From NCBI GenBank assembly GCA_018675685.1, contig JABGXP010000014.1, positions 81,288 through 145,287 of the forward strand: DNA of 64,000 bases, given 5' to 3'. Made by a program: the position numbers and the translations under genes. Below the pieces are notes generated by a model. That model worked only from the letters and a program-made list of their open reading frames with translations. It did no database searches and had not been told where the DNA came from. Position 1 is the stretch's first letter, and each line of letters opens with the position of its first letter. The DNA comes from a bacterium. GTDB lineage: Bacteria; Patescibacteriota; Minisyncoccia; Moranbacterales; DUUL01. Shown in pieces: positions 46,786-57,225 of the stretch.

Positions 46786-48369
46786 ATGAACAAAGATTAT
46801 ATAATTGACGAACTTAAGAAACAAATTGCGAATGTTGATACCTCTTCAGAACTGAAAAGTGTCGGGAAAGTATTAGAAGTTGGAGACGGAGTGGCAAAAG
46901 TCGCTGGTCTTGATGATCTGATGATGTCTGAGATGGTTAAATTCGACACAGAAGATGGAGAAAACCTATTCGGTGTTGCATTGAACCTTGAAGATGGAAG
47001 AATTGGTGTAATCATCATTGGAGAAGTTTCGAGGGTAAGAGAGGGAATGAAGGTTTCTGCGACTGGTAAAATTCTTTCAATCCCGGTTTCTGATGAAATG
47101 ATTGGACGAGTTGTTGATCCAATCGGAACGATTATTGATGATGGTGATCAAATCAAAAAAGGGGAGTATTATCCAATCGAAAAAATTGCACCTGGTGTGA
47201 TGACTCGAGCTGGCGTTAGCCAACCTTTGCAAACCGGAATCAAATCAATTGATTCAATGATTCCAATTGGACGAGGACAAAGAGAATTGATTATTGGGGA
47301 TCGACAAACTGGAAAAACCGCAATTGCAATTGATACAATTATCAATCAAAAAGGTGAAGATGTGATTTGTATCTATGTTGCGATTGGACAAAAGAAATCA
47401 AAAATTGCTCAAATTGTTGAAAAGTTGAAAGAAAATGACGCAATGGAGCATACAATTATTGTTGTTGCTGGTTCTTCTGATCCTGCTGCATTTTCATTCA
47501 TTTCTCCATATTCTGGATGCGCAATTGGTGAATATTTCATGGAACAAGGAAAAGATGTACTAATTGTGTTTGATGATCTTTCTAAGCATGCTTGGGCATA
47601 TCGACAACTTTCATTACTTCTAAAGAGACCGCCAGGGCGAGAAGCATATCCTGGAGATGTTTTCTATTTACATTCAAGGCTTCTAGAGAGAAGTGCTAAA
47701 TTGAACAAAGAGAATGGCGGTGCTTCAATGACTGCTTTGCCAATCATTGAAACTCAAGCTGGAGATATTTCGGCATTTATTCCTACAAATGTGATTTCAA
47801 TTACAGATGGTCAAATTTTCTTGGAGTCAGATTTGTTTTATCAAGGAATTCGGCCAGCTATTAATGTCGGTCTTTCAGTTTCACGTGTAGGCTCTGCTGC
47901 TCAAACAAAAGCGATGAAAAAAGTTGCTGGTAAGATCAAGCTGGAATTAGCACAATTTCGAGAATTGGAAGCTTTCACAAAATTTGGTTCAGAATTGGAT
48001 GATCGAACAAAGCAAAAGATTGATCGAGGATACCGAACAATTGAAATTCTAAAACAAGCTCAATATGCTTCAATGCTAATGGAGGATCAAGTTGCAATCA
48101 TGTGGGCTTTGACAAAGGGATATATCGATGAAGTGGAAGTGGAAAAAGTAAAGGAGTGGGAAGCAAAGTTCAGTGAATATATGCAAAAAACTGGCAAAGA
48201 CGCTTTGAGGGCAATTAAAGAGGAAAAGAATATTTCTGAAGAACTCGAAGAGAAGCTAGTTAGCTTAACTGAGGATTTCAATAGTACCTGGAAGGAAGAG
48301 AATGAAGAGGAACAAGAAAAAGAAGAAAAGGAGGAGAAGAAAGAGGTACAGATGAAAAAGGCCGAGTAA
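46786..48369 (+). CDS. atpA: F0F1 ATP synthase subunit alpha with a ~25-aa E/K-rich C-terminal extension
   Basis: GDRQTGKTAIAIDTIINQ P-loop. The C-terminus ends EENEEEQEKEEKEEKKEVQMKKAE. Confidence 0.95.
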   Translation: MNKDYIIDELKKQIANVDTSSELKSVGKVLEVGDGVAKVAGLDDLMMSEMVKFDTEDGENLFGVALNLEDGRIGVIIIGEVSRVREGMKVSATGKILSIPVSDEMIGRVVDPIGTIIDDGDQIKKGEYYPIEKIAPGVMTRAGVSQPLQTGIKSIDSMIPIGRGQRELIIGDRQTGKTAIAIDTIINQKGEDVICIYVAIGQKKSKIAQIVEKLKENDAMEHTIIVVAGSSDPAAFSFISPYSGCAIGEYFMEQGKDVLIVFDDLSKHAWAYRQLSLLLKRPPGREAYPGDVFYLHSRLLERSAKLNKENGGASMTALPIIETQAGDISAFIPTNVISITDGQIFLESDLFYQGIRPAINVGLSVSRVGSAAQTKAMKKVAGKIKLELAQFRELEAFTKFGSELDDRTKQKIDRGYRTIEILKQAQYASMLMEDQVAIMWALTKGYIDEVEVEKVKEWEAKFSEYMQKTGKDALRAIKEEKNISEELEEKLVSLTEDFNSTWKEENEEEQEKEEKEEKKEVQMKKAE

Positions 48370-48402
48370 TAATAAAAGAATAATTTAATTTCCAGCAATA
48401 AT

Positions 48403-49368
48403 ATGGCAGGTAATTCAAAGGAAATACAACGAAGAATAAAGTCTATTGGAAATACTCGAAAAATTACTCGGGCTATGGAGATGGTTTCAGCATCCAAGAT
48501 GAAAAAAGAGATTAATCGGGTGTTGCAAGTCAGGGAATATGCACGAGCTTCTTGGGGTGTTTTGACAAACCTTTCGAAGGCTTTTGATCGACTGGAGCAC
48601 GGTCTCTTGGAGGTGCGTGAAGTTAAACGAGTTTTGATAGTGCTAATCACTTCAAACAGAGGTTTATGCGGAGCATATAATGCTCAAATAATTAAAAAAC
48701 TTTCCCAGCAAGTGAAAAATCCGAAATTGTTGAAAATTAACAGAATCGGGAATGAGAAAATTGGTTCAACGATAAAAGATGAAGATTTGGAGTTTGATTA
48801 TATTGCTGTTGGAAAAAAAGGTTTTAATTATCTTGCAAGGCGAGACAAGGATGTAGTTGCAAGTTTTGAAGATTTCAATTATTCGCCTTCAGTTGAGGCA
48901 GTCAGGTCACTGGCTAGAATTGTGATTGATGACTATGTAAGTGGAAAATATGATAAAGTTGTGGTTGCGTATACTGATTTTAAGAATACAGCCGTTCAAG
49001 TGCCAAAACTGAGACAGCTTTTGCCAATTTCAAAGATTGATATCGAAAAGCAAATCGAAGAAATGAACAGAGAAGATGATGTTAAAGATCTAAAAGAGAA
49101 AGAAGAGATTATTGATTACAAGATTGAACCAAAGCCGATCAAAGTTCTTCAGCAACTTTTGCCAAGGTTAGTGGAGGTGCAACTGTACCATGCAGTGCTT
49201 GAATCAAACGCTTCAAAAGAATCAGCAAGAATGTTGGCAATGAAGAATGCCTCTGATGCGGCAGCTGATATGATAACAGAATTGCAATATTCATATAATC
49301 AGATTCGTCAGACAGGAATTACGCAAGAGATTGCGGAAATTACTTCTGGTCGAGCTGCATTGGAATAA
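48403..49368 (+). CDS. atpG: F0F1 ATP synthase subunit gamma
   Basis: N-terminus IQRRIKSIGNTRKITRAMEMVSASKM and the C-terminal helix ..IRQTGITQEIAEITSG. Confidence 0.9.
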   Translation: MAGNSKEIQRRIKSIGNTRKITRAMEMVSASKMKKEINRVLQVREYARASWGVLTNLSKAFDRLEHGLLEVREVKRVLIVLITSNRGLCGAYNAQIIKKLSQQVKNPKLLKINRIGNEKIGSTIKDEDLEFDYIAVGKKGFNYLARRDKDVVASFEDFNYSPSVEAVRSLARIVIDDYVSGKYDKVVVAYTDFKNTAVQVPKLRQLLPISKIDIEKQIEEMNREDDVKDLKEKEEIIDYKIEPKPIKVLQQLLPRLVEVQLYHAVLESNASKESARMLAMKNASDAAADMITELQYSYNQIRQTGITQEIAEITSGRAALE

Positions 49369-49390
49369 AAAAGGACATAATTAATTTTAG

Positions 49391-50809
<1,419 letters not shown>

Positions 50810-50832
50810 CAAAGGAATTATTAATAGTGTAA

Positions 50833-51285
50833 ATGATGAAAACCATTAAACTTAAAGTTACTACACCAGAGCGAGTTGTTTTGGAGACCCAGGTGGAACA
50901 AATAACACTTTCAACGCAGGTTGGTAAGGTTACAATCTTGCCAAATCATGTGCCGCTCCTCAGCATTATCGTTCCTGGAATAATTGAAACCAAACAAGAG
51001 GGTCAAATAGAGCATATGGCCACCTCAGGAGGTTTTTTGGAGTTTCATGATAATGAGCTCACAATCTTGGCCGACACCGCTGAGAGGGCTGATGAGATTG
51101 ATCTGGAGCGTGCCCAAGAGGCAAGAGAGAAGGCAGCAGAAATGAAAAAAGATCAACAAATGCACATAGATGAAAATCAATATGCAATTGTTGTTTCTGG
51201 AATTGAAAAACAATTAGCAAGAATTAGGGTTGCAAAGAAATACCGACCGAAAGGACTCGGCAATAAAGGAGTGCCAAGAAATTAG
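50833..51285 (+). CDS. atpC: F0F1 ATP synthase subunit epsilon
   Basis: Operon position, with a beta-sandwich N-terminus and a helical C-terminus. Confidence 0.8.
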   Translation: MMKTIKLKVTTPERVVLETQVEQITLSTQVGKVTILPNHVPLLSIIVPGIIETKQEGQIEHMATSGGFLEFHDNELTILADTAERADEIDLERAQEAREKAAEMKKDQQMHIDENQYAIVVSGIEKQLARIRVAKKYRPKGLGNKGVPRN

Positions 51286-51304
51286 CAATATTATGAAATA
51301 GGAA

Positions 51305-51341
51305 AGAGGGTAACCAGGAACTTTGGTCACCCTCTTTTTTG
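51305..51341 (+). terminator. intrinsic terminator of the atp operon
   Basis: AGAGGGTAACC-aggaacttt-GGTCACCCTCT followed by TTTTTT. Confidence 0.55.
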
Positions 51342-51372
51342 AAAATCCTCTTTGCAAGACTTTTTAAAAAGA

Positions 51373-51401
51373 TTAACAAGGGTGGCCTTTCGTGGTATAA
51401 T
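51373..51401 (+). promoter_or_regulatory. orphan consensus-like promoter TTAACA, 17 nt, (TGg)TATAAT with no downstream ORF
   Basis: TTAACA at 51373-51378, 17-nt spacer, extended -10 TGGTATAAT at 51393-51401. Confidence 0.4.
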
Positions 51402-51407
51402 GTTTGC

Positions 51408-51566
51408 GTATGTAATTGAAAATAAATACATACAAAAAAAGAGACGTGTTTGACTCCCGATTTAACGGAGGAAAACACAGAACCATAGATCCCGTTCATT
51501 GGAAGCGGGTTTTATGGTATATGGATATTAAATAGCAAAGAGAGTGTACAGTGCATTCTCTTTTTG
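51408..51566 (+). ncRNA. candidate small RNA (~160 nt) defined by the upstream promoter and a downstream intrinsic terminator; identity unknown
   Basis: No ORF of 60 aa or more lies on the plus strand here. The terminator hairpin GAGAGTG-tacagtg-CATTCTC plus TTTTT sits at 51540-51565. Internal stems such as CCCG-ttcattggaag-CGGG are present. No recognisable tRNA, SRP or tmRNA motifs were found. Confidence 0.25.
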
Positions 51567-51571
51567 CAATA

Positions 51572-51601
51572 AATAATCATCGACTTTCATCGATGATTAT
51601 T
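51572..51601. promoter_or_regulatory. perfect 12-bp inverted repeat AATAATCATCGA-ctttca-TCGATGATTATT
   Basis: Seen directly in the sequence, 45 nt downstream of the stop of the minus-strand gene 51647..52606. It could be that gene's terminator or a protein-binding site. Confidence 0.35.
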
Positions 51602-51646
51602 AAAAATAGCTTTTTAGATTTGAGTTCTTTAATCTTAAATATCGAA

Positions 51647-52606
51647 TCAAGTTGTGCTTTTTCTTCCTAGCATTTCAAGGAGAGAGGGGAGTGCAAAGTG
51701 AACGACAATTCCAATTCCAATAGCTGAAAGTGGCACCCAGTAGAGCGCGTGACAATTTTCAAGGAGATACCAAGTTGCAACGAGAGCCGTTACTCCTGCA
51801 GTATCAAACTTCCAACCATAATCGCTGAGTTCTACATGTTTCCAGGTATTAGCAATAAGAGCTATTGCCAAAACGATAAGCGCTAGTACCCACGGCAACT
51901 TTTTTGTATTTTCGCAAGTAGTTGATGTCCCCTTAACATCTCCAGCATTTTCTGATCCTGCTCCTTCCTCGGAAATTATTGGTGTGTTTTCGCCGAGAAC
52001 TTCAGCCTCTTCTTCTGGTAAGTTCTCTGTTAGACCAAGCACGCGTCCTTGGTCAGTAAGAATATCTTCCTCGGTTTCATCTTCTGTTGCTACGCGTGAT
52101 TCTATTTCAAATTCAATATCAAATTTTGCTTCTAAGTTTTGATATTCATTACCAGCATCTTCATCGAATTTTATTTTAATGCGATATTCTTTGCCTTTTG
52201 TAGCGCTCAGACGGTCCATGTATAACTCTTCTTCATCTGCCTTTTTCAAGTCATAGCGGTCCCCTGGTCCGCCAATCCGATAACTCCCATTCTCAACCCT
52301 GATAACATATAGTTTCAATTCTTCTGCTAATTTCTTGTCACCCTTAAGGTCAATAGTAAAAAATAAATTAATATCATCTGTTTCGCTGTCATTTTCCACT
52401 CTAATAGTTTTCTTTTCTTGCCAACCAGGCAGGATGTTAGTGAAATCGAAAATAGCACTTTCATTTAAATTTGTTCCCACTGGATATTCAACATCGATTT
52501 TGTCATCTGCCCAAGCAATGTTTGTGAAAAAAACTCCACTAAAAAGCAAGCTTATTGTAAGTAAGAAGAATTTTTTCAGTCCAAATTTTATACCATCTTT
52601 TTTCAT
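51647..52606 (-). CDS. TasA/camelysin-like secreted protein with a C-terminal multi-TM membrane anchor
   Basis: Signal peptide, then a TasA-like domain (ILPGWQEKKTIRVEN; AGNEYQNLEAKFDIEFEIE, paralleling NAGNEYQGDQMTFNIELY in the 55591 gene). An acidic linker and 2-3 hydrophobic helices follow at the C-terminus. Its start overlaps the upstream gene's stop by 4 nt. Confidence 0.45.
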   Translation of the reverse strand: MKKDGIKFGLKKFFLLTISLLFSGVFFTNIAWADDKIDVEYPVGTNLNESAIFDFTNILPGWQEKKTIRVENDSETDDINLFFTIDLKGDKKLAEELKLYVIRVENGSYRIGGPGDRYDLKKADEEELYMDRLSATKGKEYRIKIKFDEDAGNEYQNLEAKFDIEFEIESRVATEDETEEDILTDQGRVLGLTENLPEEEAEVLGENTPIISEEGAGSENAGDVKGTSTTCENTKKLPWVLALIVLAIALIANTWKHVELSDYGWKFDTAGVTALVATWYLLENCHALYWVPLSAIGIGIVVHFALPSLLEMLGRKSTT

Positions 52607-54948
52607 GCCAATATGTTATTGATAATTAACATTACTATTTCTCCCAGATCATTCTCTTCCTCTTTTTTTTCTTCTTCCTTTAACTCTTCTTTTTCTTCTG
52701 ACTCTTCTTCTTTAATCGCTTCTAGTTCTACTTGTTCCTCTTTGGGTTCCTCAGATGTTTCGTTTTCTGCTTCCTCTGCTTTCTCGTCTTTTAATTCAGG
52801 GGTTTCATTGTTAGCTGATTCTTCTTCTACACTTTCCAATTTCTCTTCTTCTGGGGCTACCTCCTCTGCAATTTCTGGTATCGAGTCTTCTTCTTTGGAG
52901 TTTTCATTATTTAAATCAGAATCCTTGTCGTCAGTTTGGTTTTCTTCACTCTCAATAGAAGACTCTTCGCCCGAATCTTCTTCAGGTAGTTCAACTTGCT
53001 CAGTATCGGTTTGCTTTATGTTTTCTTCTTGGGCCTGATCAGTTTCTCCTTTAGAAGTATCCTCCCCTTTAATGGCATCGAGGAAAACTTCATCGCCATC
53101 TTCCTTTTTTTCATCTTCGTCTTCTTCTTGCGATTCCAAAGCAATTTCTGCTAGGATTTCGCGATAAACATCTTTGGGCATTTCATCATCATTTTCATCA
53201 TCTAAAAGACCCAAGTATTCCAAGAAAACTCCCTTGCAAAATGGATGTTCTTCCTCTCTGTCGAAATCTCTTTTGTCGAAACATTCTTCCAGAACTATTG
53301 CTTGATAATAATCTTTTTCATCGCTAGAGAGTTTGTTTTCTTTGCCTAAGCGAGGATTTGGGTCAACAAAAGGACCAACACCATCTGGGATTCGTTGAAA
53401 CGCTTTATTTTCAAAGAAATCGCTTGGCTTTTGATAATCATAGTGATCATTTTCAATTTCAACACTGCCATAACGAGCAATCAGATATAATTCACCGTTG
53501 TTGTTATTATCAAAGAATTCAGCTGGATTAAATTGTCCGTCTGCATACACAACTAGATCATCGCCAGCTGGAACAATGGTCTCACCACTATCTGAAGGGT
53601 TGTCATCATTGTCGCCGTTGGAAGTCGAAATAATAATTTCATCTCCGTCTTTATTGGCAATGATCCAACCAGCCACATCCCAGTCCTTGTCATCATTATT
53701 CCAAAGTTCAATCACTTCACCATTTGGCATTGGCGCTACGTCACTTCCAGATGGATTTGCCACAAACTCATTTAAAACTATTGGCAAGAGGTTTTGTCCA
53801 CCAGGCGTGCCATAGTTATTGATTTCATCTTCCCAAAAGTCAGTATCATTAGCAGCTGGGTGATTTGTCGTGAACCAATTTTTAGCATCCGTGCCATCTC
53901 CTGGGAGAGGCATTCTTTGCATTGAACGATAATCCGAACCATTTTCTCCTGCTGGCCAAGCTGAATCTTTCCAGGCGACGTCAACTGTTGTACCAGCTTT
54001 GTTTGCAAGTAAAAGTCCCTCGCCGTCATTGTGGAGACTCACATTTGATTTATGGGTGATTCCTTTATCAGAGTCTAGATTGCTGGAGAGGCCAATAGCT
54101 GTTTCATTCCATTTTTTTCTCAAGATCAAGAAATATCCATTAGCTTTGATGCTATATCCATGTGGAATTTCTAGGTGTGCCATTGCCCCTGCGCCATGGC
54201 CAAGACCATGAACATTCCAATTTGAAAGGTCAATCTCTTTGTCTGTCATGTTGCGAAGTTCAATCCATTCGTCAGAACTTCCTTCTTCTGATCCCATCCA
54301 CATAATCTCGTTGATAACAACAGCTTGGCTAGCTGACCACTGGTCGGAAGTAACACGGTTACTCGTAGTTTCAATATCAGAAAAGCCATCAGCTCCATGG
54401 GTCGAACCTGTTTGCCAAGCTTCAAATTTAAAATCAAAATCACAAACTTTATCAGCCAGGGAAGGATTGCCATCAGTTAATTTAACGGTAAAGTTCCAAG
54501 TTTCTTTTGAAATATTTTGTGTACTCGAAAAAAGATAGTCAGCTAATTTTTGATAGGTATTTGTTTGATCGTCTTTGATTTCCAATTTTTCACAAAGATC
54601 TAAGTCGCCAGAAAGATTTGTAGTTGAAACTTTGTAATTAAAATCCAGTATCCCGAGTTTTGAAAGCGAAACAGATTTAGAAGTTTCTGTGGAGGGTGAA
54701 ACTTTGGGAGAGAAACTGTCGTCGGAAGGAATGGAAAAGTCTAGAGTGGAAGCGCCCAGAGTGTTATTTGCGCCCTCTTCTTTGTCTGAAAAACTAGCAT
54801 TAGTGCCCCCAGGAAAATTCAGTGAAAAAGAAAAAACTGATATCAAAAGACAAATTCCCACTTTTTTGAGCGAGCTTAGGATTCTTCTTGTGATAACTGA
54901 TTTATATCTCCTTTTCTTCTTTGACATCGTCTTTTTTAGTATTATCAT
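52603..54948 (-). CDS. large secreted protein with a SipW-cognate (TasA-type) signal peptide, a TasA-like N-terminal domain, two lamin-tail domains (LTD), and a ~250-aa acidic tail
   Basis: Signal region ...VFSFSLNFPGGTNASFSDKEEGANNTLGASTLDFS carries the AxFSDxE motif. LTD signatures VVINEIMWMGSEEGSSDEWIELRNMTDKEIDLSNW and VLNEFVANPSGSD..GEVIELWNNDDKDWDVAGW are present. The E/D-rich C-terminus ends in a short hydrophobic LGEIVMLIINNILA. An alternative start MSKKK lies at 54927. Confidence 0.6.
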   Translation of the reverse strand: MIILKKTMSKKKRRYKSVITRRILSSLKKVGICLLISVFSFSLNFPGGTNASFSDKEEGANNTLGASTLDFSIPSDDSFSPKVSPSTETSKSVSLSKLGILDFNYKVSTTNLSGDLDLCEKLEIKDDQTNTYQKLADYLFSSTQNISKETWNFTVKLTDGNPSLADKVCDFDFKFEAWQTGSTHGADGFSDIETTSNRVTSDQWSASQAVVINEIMWMGSEEGSSDEWIELRNMTDKEIDLSNWNVHGLGHGAGAMAHLEIPHGYSIKANGYFLILRKKWNETAIGLSSNLDSDKGITHKSNVSLHNDGEGLLLANKAGTTVDVAWKDSAWPAGENGSDYRSMQRMPLPGDGTDAKNWFTTNHPAANDTDFWEDEINNYGTPGGQNLLPIVLNEFVANPSGSDVAPMPNGEVIELWNNDDKDWDVAGWIIANKDGDEIIISTSNGDNDDNPSDSGETIVPAGDDLVVYADGQFNPAEFFDNNNNGELYLIARYGSVEIENDHYDYQKPSDFFENKAFQRIPDGVGPFVDPNPRLGKENKLSSDEKDYYQAIVLEECFDKRDFDREEEHPFCKGVFLEYLGLLDDENDDEMPKDVYREILAEIALESQEEDEDEKKEDGDEVFLDAIKGEDTSKGETDQAQEENIKQTDTEQVELPEEDSGEESSIESEENQTDDKDSDLNNENSKEEDSIPEIAEEVAPEEEKLESVEEESANNETPELKDEKAEEAENETSEEPKEEQVELEAIKEEESEEKEELKEEEKKEEENDLGEIVMLIINNILA

Positions 54949-55495
54949 TCTCTAATTCATCTGCTTTGCGTTTTTTTGTTCTTCTTCGATAATCAAGTTT
55001 TTTCAATATTTCTTTCTTGATGGTCAAAATTTCATCATAGATAATAATAACTGCGGGAACAATGATGATTAGAACAAAACCAATCGGTTTTTGCGCAGCA
55101 TTCACGGCATATCCTAAAAATGGAACAGAGAAGAGCACTTTTCCAATAACTTCATTTTTTGAGACTTGTTTGTGGTCTTTCGCATTATTAGCATCTCCTT
55201 TAGTGATGTATTTTTCGATATCGTCATTTTTTTCTATGGCTGTGATTCTATGTGTGGTCGGTGTTTTCATTTTGGAGGACTCTCCAAAAGTGATCACATC
55301 ACCAACTTGATAATTTTCAGCTGGTTTTGTGGCTACTATGCTTCCTGTGCGAATTTTTGGTTCCATTGAGCCAGAAAGCACGATAAATGATTTATAACCA
55401 CCTTTTATGGGAATAGCAGACAGAACTAAAAAAACGGCAATAATTGCAATTGCAAGGATAAATAGGTAATAGAAAGTTTTGAAGATTTTTTTCAT
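54902..55495 (-). CDS. sipW: signal peptidase I, archaeal/ER type (SipW-like)
   Basis: N-terminal TM then SGSMEP (catalytic Ser box) ...GDVITF, with a second TM and a basic tail. This is the typical size and architecture of SipW-type SPases. Confidence 0.7.
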   Translation of the reverse strand: MKKIFKTFYYLFILAIAIIAVFLVLSAIPIKGGYKSFIVLSGSMEPKIRTGSIVATKPAENYQVGDVITFGESSKMKTPTTHRITAIEKNDDIEKYITKGDANNAKDHKQVSKNEVIGKVLFSVPFLGYAVNAAQKPIGFVLIIIVPAVIIIYDEILTIKKEILKKLDYRRRTKKRKADELENDNTKKDDVKEEKEI

Positions 55496-55590
55496 TAGAG
55501 GTGTGTTTCTTGGTAGTTGCTTGTTTAAAAACAGGAATAGTTAACTTATTGACTGCCCGAGAGTTCAGGCAGTCTAAAGTCAACTAACTA

Positions 55591-56643
55591 TTAGTAAGAA
55601 CTAACTATTAGTAAGTCAGTATCTTCATACCAAATCAAACCAGTCTCCCAGAGCCATTTGTCCATTTGAGTCCATTGAATAGCTCCATCATTCCATGCAG
55701 TCTTTGGGAGCAACCAAACCTTAACATCTTTCATGTCTTTTCCAAGCTCCATATCTCCGGTGAAATTGATATCACCACTTCCGTTTGATATGCTTTCTCC
55801 TAGGTATGTATCAACATTAGTACCACCATCATATCCAGCAGCTAATACATACGTTGTGTTAGGCAAAGCAACTTTTCCGTCAAATTCAAAATCAAAAGTT
55901 GGATTTTTAACTTCATAGGTTAGTGTGCCTTTGAAATCATCATCTTGAAGCACGTTCCAAGGTCCAGAAGTGTCTTTATTTTCTAGCCAAGCCTCCCCAT
56001 GAAGTTGTTCAGCATAGAGCTCAATGTTGAAAGTCATTTGATCACCTTGATATTCGTTGCCAGCGTTTTCATTCATGTGATAGCTTTGTCTAACTTGCAT
56101 GTAGCCATTAGCAGGAATCATTCCTAAGAACACTTTTTTAGCACCAGCATAGACATCATCAAGAGTTTTACCTTCTGAATCAAGGTAGAGGGTTTGTTCC
56201 CAGATAGGAGTATTACTTGAATCGTATACTTCAACGTATAGATCATAAATAATAACACTAGAGAGATCATTATTGTCAGTTGCACCACCCCAAGAACAAG
56301 CATCATTACTCCAATTACCACCTTGGCCATCACATTCAGGCTCTGATACTACACCTGTTATTTCTACAATTTCGGTGATATCCTTCCAAACATTAACAGG
56401 GTTTGCACTCTCTCCCTCATTTTCAATTTCAAAGTTGATATAATCGATATAATCTGGTTTCATGTCATCCATGGCGAAGCTTTCACTCCAAGGATTCATG
56501 TTATTTACTGAAATATCAATTGTTCCAGCAGTGAAAGTGTTGCCGACTGATTTTTCTTCATCTGAAAAATAGGCTACCGTACCACCGATTGCTACTGCTG
56601 CAACGGCTGTGATAACCATTAAACTTTTTAAAATCTTTTTCAT
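55591..56643 (-). CDS. TasA/camelysin-family secreted protein with a SipW-cognate signal peptide
   Basis: The N-terminus MKKILKSLMVITAVAAVAIGGTVAYFSDEEKSVGNTFTAGTIDIS is the hallmark SipW-cognate class signal (AYFSDxE). A camelysin-like beta-rich body follows. Confidence 0.7.
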   Translation of the reverse strand: MKKILKSLMVITAVAAVAIGGTVAYFSDEEKSVGNTFTAGTIDISVNNMNPWSESFAMDDMKPDYIDYINFEIENEGESANPVNVWKDITEIVEITGVVSEPECDGQGGNWSNDACSWGGATDNNDLSSVIIYDLYVEVYDSSNTPIWEQTLYLDSEGKTLDDVYAGAKKVFLGMIPANGYMQVRQSYHMNENAGNEYQGDQMTFNIELYAEQLHGEAWLENKDTSGPWNVLQDDDFKGTLTYEVKNPTFDFEFDGKVALPNTTYVLAAGYDGGTNVDTYLGESISNGSGDINFTGDMELGKDMKDVKVWLLPKTAWNDGAIQWTQMDKWLWETGLIWYEDTDLLIVSSY

Positions 56644-57035
56644 TTTTTCTTGTTAAATTTTTATACTAAATTTCTCCCTCTAGCAATTTAGTTAGTTTGG
56701 TTTAAGCTCTAATAGTTTAAACCAGAGAACCGTGCACAAATGTTTTTGGGTAGCTTATTCCTTCCTAGTGTTAATATTTAGTGTTTTATCTTAAACTTTG
56801 TTCATTTAACTAGATTTAAGGTAACAAAAAAATCAGAAACTTTTTGCTCCGTTGTTTTTTAGGGTTTTTTGATTTTGTTTTTCTTTCTTTTCAGGAATGC
56901 TCTTTCCATATCTGTTATTTAATCATTTAACAAAAATAATAAACAGACTCTTTCACAAACTAGCAACCAGGACCCCTCTTTTAATAACGAGTATAGCAAG
57001 TCATTTTCAAACGTCAAATGGGATTAAACTTATAA

Positions 57036-57061
57036 CCCTGTTTTTAGGGCAAAAAACAGGG
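57036..57061. other. perfect 10-bp hairpin CCCTGTTTTT-agggc-AAAAACAGGG in the long 5' intergenic region
   Basis: Seen directly in the sequence. A TTGACA (57095-57100) lies ~35 nt downstream. Confidence 0.3.
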
Positions 57062-57225
57062 GGATTCCTTTTTCCGAAAAAATGTTAAATCTAATTGACA
57101 TTTCCTGGTATTTATGTTCAAATTAATGAGCAGAAAATTATCTGGTAACAGTTTTTTTACAAAAAGCACGAAAAAGCAGTTAAACAAAAAACCTAGACTA
57201 GGCTATTTCCAAAGGAGAAAGGTTC

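Noticed and set aside
52613-53038. 141-aa Ser-rich plus-strand ORF
   Set aside because: It is the antisense of the poly-acidic tail of the LTD protein (GAA/GAT codons read as TTC/ATC/TCx). It is not an independent gene.
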